From: a virus
DNA: 64,000 nucleotides
Direction: 5' to 3' (one strand)
IMG/VR virus record: IMGVR_UViG_3300042569_002607
Coordinates: 9,671-73,670 of that record
In this document: piece after piece, positions 56,645 through 64,000 of the stretch
Position numbering within the stretch: position 1 is the first letter of the stretch
Layout: the number at the start of each line of letters is the position of its first letter
Translations under genes and position numbers: made by a program
The notes under the pieces: generated by a model
The model's database searches: none
Told to the model about the DNA's origin: nothing
Seen by the model: the letters and a program-made list of their open reading frames with translations, nothing else

Positions 56645-57334
56645 GTGAGACCCGCCCCCAGACGGGTTCCTCGGCGTCTCCCCGCCATTCTCCGGCCGTT
56701 TCAGCGGCTGGGGCTCCTCTTCCCTCACCCTGACCGTCTCGTGTCATCTCCGCAGCCCCCCGCGGCGAAGGCCGCTCCCCACGAGCAGGAAATCGCGCGC
56801 CTATTCGCCTCCCAGGAGTCCGCGGACTGGCGCTTGCCGATGCAACTCGCGGCCGCCTTGCCATTTGCGGCCTTCACCGCGTCCGTCGAACAGCCCACCA
56901 AGCACAGTGCGCCGGTCCTCGTTGTTGAGGCGGTACTCCCCTGCCCCGAGGCCACGGAGCCCGAGGCCGCGCGCTTTCGCATTTCGCGCACGATCCCGCG
57001 CTTCGTGATCCGCGTGAGCGAGTCGCAGTGGTGCAGTACCTGCAGCTTCGCCGCGCTCTTTGGGGTGCCGCTCACGCCGGTCCCGGCGCTGACGCTCCTC
57101 GTGGGCGAGCGATTGGCCATCCTCGAGCCCCCGGCGCAGGGGCGACCGTTCCTGCCGAAGTGGACCGAGGCGATCGCGGGACTCGCGCGCGCTGTGACCG
57201 ATATGCACTGGCAAGCCTTGGCCGTGATCTTCGATCGTACCGCCGTGCACAAGACCACGCGATCCGTCCGTGACGACGCGCGACTCCTCGGTGGTGGCTG
57301 GGGCGTCGCGGGGCGCACCGGGGTCACGCCATGA
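56645..57334 (+). CDS. hypothetical protein
   Basis: ORF coupled to next gene. Confidence 0.45.
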   Translation: MRPAPRRVPRRLPAILRPFQRLGLLFPHPDRLVSSPQPPAAKAAPHEQEIARLFASQESADWRLPMQLAAALPFAAFTASVEQPTKHSAPVLVVEAVLPCPEATEPEAARFRISRTIPRFVIRVSESQWCSTCSFAALFGVPLTPVPALTLLVGERLAILEPPAQGRPFLPKWTEAIAGLARAVTDMHWQALAVIFDRTAVHKTTRSVRDDARLLGGGWGVAGRTGVTP

Positions 57335-57699
57335 CGTTCACGGAGCCCGTGCGTGTGCACCTCGTCGATAGCCGGCGTCCGGCGAATGCGCTGATCGACG
57401 AGATGCTCTGGGCGCAACGGTGCGGATTCGTCGGCTTTGAGATTGGCGATCGAGCGGTGCACTTCGCCCCATACGCGCCGACCCGTGTCAACGCCGACGC
57501 CGATCGCACGCCACGGTTTACCGCGTTCTTCGACGTCCATCTGCAGGACATGGTGGTGCGATGCCACCAGGTCGGGACGCGGGCGGACGGCACCGAGTGC
57601 CATGCCGCGTGTGGCGAATTGCTCCATCGCCGAACGGACTCCATCGGCGAGGTGCTGGCCGACATGGAAGCGCGCGTCGCGGAGTATCTCCGGACGTGA
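57331..57699 (+). CDS. hypothetical protein
   Basis: ATGA coupling. Confidence 0.5.
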   Translation: MTFTEPVRVHLVDSRRPANALIDEMLWAQRCGFVGFEIGDRAVHFAPYAPTRVNADADRTPRFTAFFDVHLQDMVVRCHQVGTRADGTECHAACGELLHRRTDSIGEVLADMEARVAEYLRT

Positions 57700-57791
57700 C
57701 CGAGCGCGACGCCGTCACGAACAATCCCCTGACTCTCGAGGAATGGATCGTGCCATTCCTCCTCCCGTTTATCCCTCTCTCGACCACAAAC

Positions 57792-58103
57792 ATGAGCACT
57801 GCAGAGCCCCAATCGACGCCGACACAGACACCGACTCCGGCGCCCACGGAACACAAAGAAACGCTCCGGCCACCGTCCTCCGACGTTGAGCGTCGCTACG
57901 TGGTGGAGATCAAAGAGATCACCCGCGGTGAGCACCATGTGCAGGAGTATCGCCACAAAGGCAAGCGCGCAGACGGATCGGAGAACTACGGCTACGTCAC
58001 GACCGTGCAGCGCTACCAGGCGGACCGCGTGGTCTTCTCCGGCGAGTTCACGAAGCGCCCATCGATTGCCGCGCTCGCGACCCTCTTGGAATCCTCGGGA
58101 TGA
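57792..58103 (+). CDS. hypothetical protein
   Basis: ORF with YGY motif; coupled to next gene. Confidence 0.5.
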   Translation: MSTAEPQSTPTQTPTPAPTEHKETLRPPSSDVERRYVVEIKEITRGEHHVQEYRHKGKRADGSENYGYVTTVQRYQADRVVFSGEFTKRPSIAALATLLESSG

Positions 58104-58266
58104 TCACGACACCGCCGTCCCCAGTCGAACTCGCCGCAATGATCATTGGCCTTGTCGCCGTCGCGATATGGCTTGCCTACCTGGACGCGTCCACGATGGA
58201 CCTCTGGGATGACCACCACGCTGTGCCCTCATCGCTCCCGCCCACACCACCTCCCGAGACACCGCC

Positions 58267-58716
58267 ATGCAAAACACCCTCGTCACCGTCACCCTGAAGC
58301 CCGTCACGTGCTGCAATTGCGGTGTGCTCTTTGGCATGGACGCGGACTACATGGCGGAGCGCAAGCGCGACCACAAGTACTTTACCTGCCCGAACGGCCA
58401 TTCGCAGCACTGGTCTCAAAAGACCGAAGCCGAGAAGCTGCGCGACCAGCTCACCCGTGAGAAGCATCTCCGGGAACAGGCGCAGGCACTCGCCGAGCAT
58501 CGGCGGTCGCGTATCGAGGAAGAGCAGCGCAATGCCCAGCGCATCACGCGCCGCCTCAACGCCACGCGCGGGGTCGTCACGCGCCACAAGAAGAAGATCG
58601 CGGCCGGTCGGTGCCCGTGCTGCTCGACTCAGTTCAAGGACCTGAAGCGGCATATGGCCACGAGACACCCCAACTGGGATCCCGAAAAGGAAGCGGAGGT
58701 GCGCGCCCATGGGTGA
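58267..58716 (+). CDS. Zn-finger coiled-coil phage protein
   Basis: CCNC, CPNGH and CPCC..F..L.RH...H. Confidence 0.8.
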   Translation: MQNTLVTVTLKPVTCCNCGVLFGMDADYMAERKRDHKYFTCPNGHSQHWSQKTEAEKLRDQLTREKHLREQAQALAEHRRSRIEEEQRNAQRITRRLNATRGVVTRHKKKIAAGRCPCCSTQFKDLKRHMATRHPNWDPEKEAEVRAHG

Positions 58717-59614
58717 CGCAGACATCGAACACGCTGCGCAGCTGATCTACGCGGTGGTGCATCGGTTCCGCACCGACGGCAAGACGATGCCATGGGTAGA
58801 CGGCGGGAATAGTCTGGTCCAAGAAGACTGTCGCCGGGCCGCGCAGCGCATCGTGGAACGGCATCGGGTCGACGCGTCAGCCCCGCCGGCACGCGAGCCG
58901 GTGGCCTGGCGTATTGATGCGCTGCCGCCGCATACGTGGGTGCAATTCACTGACGATGCCGCAGTGGCCAACGCGAACCGGGTGGCTGGGTGGCCGGTGA
59001 CACCGCTTTTCGTGGTTGCGCCCCATTCACGCGCGGGGCTGGAGCTGCTGGAGAAGGAGCGCGACATGTGCATGGGCTGGTACGAGAAGGATATTGGCAA
59101 GCTGACCCCCACCCCGCCGCGCCGGTTGCGGGAGTACAAGGGGGTGACGTACGCGCCGAATGGGAAGTGGTACGATACCGCCGCGTGCTTGTACTTCGCT
59201 TCGGCTGCCGAGTTGATCGTGAAGCGTAAAGGCTTCACCGATGCCGACCACGCCGCGTTGCTCGCGTTGCGCGACGATCTGTGGGAGCCGGTGGAGACGT
59301 TGGAGGCGGTGCTTGAAGACTGGGCAAACGCGACACGAGACGGCGTGCACTCTGTTGAGCTTTCGGACTTGGAACACCGCCTCCGCGCATGGCTGAATAC
59401 GCCAAGTGACGCCAAGAATGTTGGCGCGGCGTTGGCGGATTCCGAAAAGCAACCTGTAAGCATTCCATACACGTTGCCGATCACGCCGGAACAGGCGGTG
59501 GGGGTGTTGGTGGCGCATGGGGCATCGATTCACAAGCTGGCACACGCGCCGCACTTTTATCGGCAAGACACGGATATCCTCGTCCTCCCCACCGCAACGC
59601 CGGAGGGCAAGTGA
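58709..59614 (+). CDS. mosaic hypothetical protein
   Basis: GGAGG RBS; GNSLVQ and EPVAW...TPL modules. Confidence 0.65.
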   Translation: MGDADIEHAAQLIYAVVHRFRTDGKTMPWVDGGNSLVQEDCRRAAQRIVERHRVDASAPPAREPVAWRIDALPPHTWVQFTDDAAVANANRVAGWPVTPLFVVAPHSRAGLELLEKERDMCMGWYEKDIGKLTPTPPRRLREYKGVTYAPNGKWYDTAACLYFASAAELIVKRKGFTDADHAALLALRDDLWEPVETLEAVLEDWANATRDGVHSVELSDLEHRLRAWLNTPSDAKNVGAALADSEKQPVSIPYTLPITPEQAVGVLVAHGASIHKLAHAPHFYRQDTDILVLPTATPEGK

Positions 59615-59783
59615 GCCGCACCTATCACCATCGCGCACAGCGCAAGAACAATCTGCGCTACGAAGTGTGGTCGAAGCGTTGCAAGCTCGTGTCCATGTGG
59701 GCGTTTAACGCGCTCATGAAGCGCATAACAAGACGTTACGAACGCCGCCAAGCAAAAGAACAGATTCGCAACGAGGTGACCTC

Positions 59784-60524
59784 ATGACCCCGCCGACGCC
59801 GAAGGAGCCGGAGGCCATCAGTGAACTCCGCAGCGGACTGGCCGGTTCGCGCTTTGAAGGATGTGGAGGCTACGGTTGCTTTAACCACACATGGCACATG
59901 GAAGATGTTCTCGCCGCCTACGACACCCTCGCCGCCGAGCGCGACGTCCAGGAAGAGAAGTTTGAGCAAGCGCGTAAGCTGTATCTTGAGACACTTGATC
60001 GTGCAGTGAAGGCCGAGGCCGAGCGCGACGCGGCGGTGCAAAAGGCGCGCTACGAAAGCGACGTAGCCGCGCAAGCGATGGCGGCGAAAGACGCGGCGGT
60101 GCAGGAGCGGGATGACGCCGACGACGCATTGGCCGCGTGCCAGGCACAGGCGGCGGGGACGATTGCCCAACTCCGCGAGACGCTGGACGCGGCGGAGCGG
60201 CGTGCTCTCAATCTGCTTGCGGTTGTGCACCGTGACGGGGGACAGCACACGTCAATCGTTGGGTTCGCGGAATCGTGCACCGAAGCGGAAGCGGTAGTCG
60301 TGGCGCTCCGCGCGCAGCTGGCCGAAGCGGAGGAGGATGCGGCGCGGTTGGATTGGCTGGCCAATCACTATCACCACTTCCGCGTCAACAAGCCGTACGG
60401 TGGATGGGACTTCGCAACGCAAAAGCCCGGAGTATGGTCGTGGAGCGACACATACAAGCCGTTTCCGACACTGCGCGAAGCCCTCGACACCGCCCTCACC
60501 GCCGCCACGGCGCAGGGGGAGTGA
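59784..60524 (+). CDS. coiled-coil hypothetical protein
   Basis: GAGG RBS; IHRDGG-like and DAARLDWL...LREALD modules. Confidence 0.7.
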   Translation: MTPPTPKEPEAISELRSGLAGSRFEGCGGYGCFNHTWHMEDVLAAYDTLAAERDVQEEKFEQARKLYLETLDRAVKAEAERDAAVQKARYESDVAAQAMAAKDAAVQERDDADDALAACQAQAAGTIAQLRETLDAAERRALNLLAVVHRDGGQHTSIVGFAESCTEAEAVVVALRAQLAEAEEDAARLDWLANHYHHFRVNKPYGGWDFATQKPGVWSWSDTYKPFPTLREALDTALTAATAQGE

Positions 60525-60835
60525 TGGCTGACATAGACTTTGGCGCATTCATCGCAGCGCGTGAGCACATCTTCGCCAGCGACGGAACAGTTGACGAAGC
60601 GTTGCTCAAGGCGATTGAAACCGTACAGCAGACGGCAGCGGACGCCGGTTCAGTTACCGTCGAAATCCGGTGCTTCTCACGCGCGGATCGTCGCGGCGAC
60701 AAGCACACGAACTTTGCCACGGACATTCGGTACGCACGCGCTCTCTACGACATCGCACCGTGGGCGTTGATGGCGCTGATCCGTCGCGTCCGAGAACTAG
60801 AGAACCCCACCCCCACCCGAGGGCCGCGGCCGTGA
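60524..60835 (+). CDS. Ead/Ea22-like hypothetical protein
   Basis: P...ALIRRVRELE C-terminus. Confidence 0.5.
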   Translation: MADIDFGAFIAAREHIFASDGTVDEALLKAIETVQQTAADAGSVTVEIRCFSRADRRGDKHTNFATDIRYARALYDIAPWALMALIRRVRELENPTPTRGPRP

Positions 60836-61113
60836 GTAACCGAGTGAAGATCATCGAACAGCGGGAAGGCATGATTCGCGCCGAGTTGGAAACCGCCTAC
60901 GAGCACCGTGACGGCAACCTGCTGTTGCGCGTGGAGTGGAGTGTTGACGACGACTGTTGGGTAGCGCGTTACCACCACGACGACCCGACGAGCAACGCCA
61001 TCGGCATTGGGGACACTGTACAGGATGCGCTCGCGCATTTGTGCGGTGCGTTGAGCAGCGAGATTGCCGCGTGGCGTGACCTGTACATGGAGAAGGGAGG
61101 GCCGCAGCCGTGA
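60832..61113 (+). CDS. HicB-like small protein
   Basis: W...DDCWVA...GIGDT..DAL..L pattern. Confidence 0.45.
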   Translation: MSNRVKIIEQREGMIRAELETAYEHRDGNLLLRVEWSVDDDCWVARYHHDDPTSNAIGIGDTVQDALAHLCGALSSEIAAWRDLYMEKGGPQP

Positions 61114-61436
61114 ACCGTGAGCACATTGAGACGCTACGCCACTTCGTATACAAGGCGACGAAGTGGAACGATGCCGCTGGCGAATACGCAAACGACATTG
61201 GCGTGGACGATGCACTGGACGCACTTGAAGCCCGCGCCGAGGCGGGGGTCATCAGGACACTCTACGAGTTCCGCGTGATCGACGCTCGCGGCAACGTGCG
61301 CGACGAAGTGGGTGCGTTTGAGACCCCCGACGACGCCGCAGCACGCTGCGACGCCGGATGGCCGCACCAAGGACCGCACCGCGCCGTGCAAGTCGCCCTC
61401 GTTGAACCCACCCTCACCGGAGGCGCGAGCGCATGA
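61110..61436 (+). CDS. hypothetical protein
   Basis: Coupled ORF. Confidence 0.55.
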   Translation: MNREHIETLRHFVYKATKWNDAAGEYANDIGVDDALDALEARAEAGVIRTLYEFRVIDARGNVRDEVGAFETPDDAAARCDAGWPHQGPHRAVQVALVEPTLTGGASA

Positions 61437-61741
61437 GTGGAGGATCATACGACTACGTGTACCACCGCTTCCACGCGGCAGCCGACGAACTGCGGTCACG
61501 ACACAGTGAGCCGCATGTCATTGCACTGTCGCGGCTGCTGGATCGTATCGGCGTGGTTATGCACGACATCGAATGGGCTGATTCGTGTGATACCCAGTGG
61601 AACGAGGCATTAGACAAGAGCATCCGTAGTGTCATCACGCCAGCCGATGAACTGAAAGCCGCACTGGACGCCGCGAGGATCGCCAACGACCGATTAAGCG
61701 CAGCCATTCGCCATGTGGAGGGGATGATTGATGGCGCGTGA
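61433..61741 (+). CDS. conserved phage protein (MSGGS.DY family)
   Basis: MSGGSYDY...HDIEW..SCD. Confidence 0.75.
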   Translation: MSGGSYDYVYHRFHAAADELRSRHSEPHVIALSRLLDRIGVVMHDIEWADSCDTQWNEALDKSIRSVITPADELKAALDAARIANDRLSAAIRHVEGMIDGA

Positions 61742-62018
61742 ACTGCGGGAGGTGTGGCGTATCACGTTTGCGGGCGGCGACACGGATTTCCAAGAAACGG
61801 CGCCTGACCTCGACGCTCTGCGTCGGTTGTTTTCCGGCGCAGAAGTCGAGCGCCTCACCCTGCTCACGCCGGAAGCGGCGGCGGTGATCGAGGCGGCGGT
61901 CGCGTTGGTCACCGACGACCCGAGCGACCCGTGGGGATACCAGAAAGACGTGCAGTTTGACACGCTGCGCGGCGAGGTGGTGCACTACATCGCGACACGG
62001 GGGGCCGATGCGAACTAA
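61731..62018 (+). CDS. hypothetical protein, paralog A
   Basis: MARELREVW...VERL.LLTP. Confidence 0.6.
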   Translation: MARELREVWRITFAGGDTDFQETAPDLDALRRLFSGAEVERLTLLTPEAAAVIEAAVALVTDDPSDPWGYQKDVQFDTLRGEVVHYIATRGADAN

Positions 62019-62280
62019 AGTGCTCTGCACGAGCTGCGAGCAGTACGTCTACACCGACGACGTGCATAGCTGTTACGACGCGAAGTCGTTACGCGCCGTG
62101 CGGGACGCGGAGGCGGGGGTGGTGGGTATCGCCGAACACGTTGTAAGCAAACTCGATATCAGGCGCATCGACGGAGACGTGGTGTACTTCGGCTTTACCG
62201 AAACACAAACGCTCGTCGCGCTTGAAGAAGCCGTCCGCGCCCTCCACGCGGCGCGGCAGGGGGTGCAGGATGGCGAGTGA
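62008..62280 (+). CDS. hypothetical protein
   Basis: Overlaps neighbours; CxxC...H.C. Confidence 0.5.
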   Translation: MRTKVLCTSCEQYVYTDDVHSCYDAKSLRAVRDAEAGVVGIAEHVVSKLDIRRIDGDVVYFGFTETQTLVALEEAVRALHAARQGVQDGE

Positions 62281-62581
62281 ACTGCGGGAGGTGTGGGTCG
62301 TGCGCAGCCCCGACGGTGAAATCCTGCGCACGTCTCTCCGGGGGGTCGTGATCCTTCCGGACAACGTGCCGGGATCGTGTACCGTCGAACGCCTTCCCTT
62401 GCTGACGCCGGATGTCAAGAAGGTACTCGACGCCGTACGGGCGTTTGCCAAGGCGAAAGAGGCGAGCCGCGCGGCCTGGATTGAACACGGCGTCGTCCCG
62501 CCGTCACTCACGAACACGCTCGACAAAGCGACCGATAACCTCCTTGCGGCCTACCGCGCCATCGAGGGTAGTGACGGATGA
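62270..62581 (+). CDS. hypothetical protein, paralog B
   Basis: MASELREVW...VERL.LLTP. Confidence 0.6.
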   Translation: MASELREVWVVRSPDGEILRTSLRGVVILPDNVPGSCTVERLPLLTPDVKKVLDAVRAFAKAKEASRAAWIEHGVVPPSLTNTLDKATDNLLAAYRAIEGSDG

Positions 62582-62878
62582 GCGCGACCCAAGCCTTCGG
62601 GCTCATGCTGGTCGTGATCCTCTACGGCAGCGCGATCTTCTGCGTGTTGCTGAGGATCCTCGAGGAGCTGCGGACGCACACCCGACGCTTCACCTCGACG
62701 ACGCGGGGGAGCTAGCCGTTGCGGAAGCCCCTGAAGTTCTTCGACGTGGCGCACCTCGGGTCACCTTCCACGCTCCCGTGCCCGCGATGCGGCACCATGG
62801 TTGCCCACGTTGCGCCAGATGGTACCTGCAGCTACTGCCCGCACTTCCCCAGAACCACCACCAAGGAGACCGCACGCA

Positions 62879-63709
62879 ATGCGCAGCAGCCGCCGCTGGA
62901 GTGACACCGAACGCCGCTTGGGCCCGTTCACCTACGACCGGGCAACGCGTCGCACCAACCACTGGACCGCCCTGCTGTGCTCCGGGGAGGAGGACTATCC
63001 TGGCTGCACGCTCCGCCTGCAGGCGTTCACGCACACGTTGATCATCGATCTCCCGCCGATCTTGCGCCCCTACCGTGAGCAGGTGAAGGCGCGCTACTGG
63101 GACGCGTGGACGATCGCGCGCGCGGGCCGCGACTGGTATTGGGACGAGGATCGGCGTGAGGTCGGATTCTCGATCTTCGAAGGCTTGCTCATCGTGCGAT
63201 TCGGCCGGCAGTCGGATGATTCCCGGACAGATCGCAATTGGTCATGGTTCCTGCCGTGGACCCAGTGGCGCCATGTTCGCCAGAGCTGGTACGGCCTGCA
63301 GGGCGAGCTCCTGCACACATTGCCCGATACCGAGGCGCGTCTCCGCTCGAGATTCGAGCGACAACAGCAGTTCACCGAGATCACGCCGAAGGTGACCTAT
63401 CTCTTCCGTGACTTCGACGGGGAGCCGATCGAGGCGACGACGCACATCGAAGAGCGCGAGTGGCGGAAGGGCACGGGCTGGTTCCGTTGGCTCTCGTGGT
63501 TTGTGCCCCCACAGGTACGCCGCACGCTCGAGCTTCAGTTCAGCGCTGAAGTGGGCCCCAAGAAAGGCTCTTGGAAGGGCGGGACCATCGGACACTCGAT
63601 TGAGATGCGGGCGGGCGAGTCGCATCAGGCCGCCTTCCAACGATACTGCACGCAACACGGGCTCAAGTTCGTCGGGCGCTCTCAACCGTGGCCGACGGTG
63701 ACGGCATGA
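62879..63709 (+). CDS. Trp-rich conserved phage protein
   Basis: AAGGAG RBS; FDGE, EEREW..G and EVG..KGSWKGG motifs. Confidence 0.75.
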   Translation: MRSSRRWSDTERRLGPFTYDRATRRTNHWTALLCSGEEDYPGCTLRLQAFTHTLIIDLPPILRPYREQVKARYWDAWTIARAGRDWYWDEDRREVGFSIFEGLLIVRFGRQSDDSRTDRNWSWFLPWTQWRHVRQSWYGLQGELLHTLPDTEARLRSRFERQQQFTEITPKVTYLFRDFDGEPIEATTHIEEREWRKGTGWFRWLSWFVPPQVRRTLELQFSAEVGPKKGSWKGGTIGHSIEMRAGESHQAAFQRYCTQHGLKFVGRSQPWPTVTA

Positions 63710-64000
63710 AGGAACGCCCCATTCTGTTCAGCGCCCCGATGGTGCGGGCGCTGCTCGACGGCTCGAAGACGCAGACGCGGCGGGTTGCTATGCACACTGT
63801 CTGCGGCGTGCGCGTACCTCGATTTGCTACGGACGGCGCACCGGAGGTGAGTACGTGCCCGTACGGCGTCCCCGGCGACCGGCTGTGGGTGCGGGAAAGC
63901 GCATGGCTCTACGGACAGTGGTGGAAGGACGGTTTTACGAAGAGTGGTCGCCAGCGGTGGACATTCGCTATGTCGTTCGGCCAGAAGGTCCGCTACGAGC
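63706..64000 (+). CDS. ASCH/PUA-like phage protein (3' partial)
   Basis: MKERPILFSAPMVRALLDG.KTQTRR...CPYG.PGDRLWVRE. Confidence 0.85.
   Translation, partial: MKERPILFSAPMVRALLDGSKTQTRRVAMHTVCGVRVPRFATDGAPEVSTCPYGVPGDRLWVRESAWLYGQWWKDGFTKSGRQRWTFAMSFGQKVRYE

Overview
The window is a continuous stretch of a high-GC temperate siphovirus genome, and no host genes are recognisable. It looks like the free (non-integrated) form, because the tRNA-Thr-derived att core has phage genes on both sides. Left to right: (1) neck/tail module (1-14276); (2) lysis cassette ending in an ECF-like sigma factor (14276-18320); (3) a second virion fibre/lectin module (18508-25038); (4) an early accessory region of promoter-effector-autoregulator cassettes with DUF932, a ParB/methyltransferase-like/DUF5131 trio, an acidic-HTH fusion and a RadC/JAB gene (25.4-33.8 kb); (5) a visibly AT-richer defence/immunity island with HTH-ImmA/IrrE plus partner, a HEPN-like gene, repressor and cro (33.9-38.8 kb); (6) recombination genes, tyrosine integrase and attP (39.2-46.0 kb); (7) replication genes with iterons and a long run of small early genes (46-64 kb). 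The most notable unannotated structure is non-coding: a 16-bp asymmetric motif TTGCGGGTTTGGCACG at eight sites, and hairpins sharing the loop ACACCAC on different stems. Family assignments come from motif recognition by eye; no searches were run.
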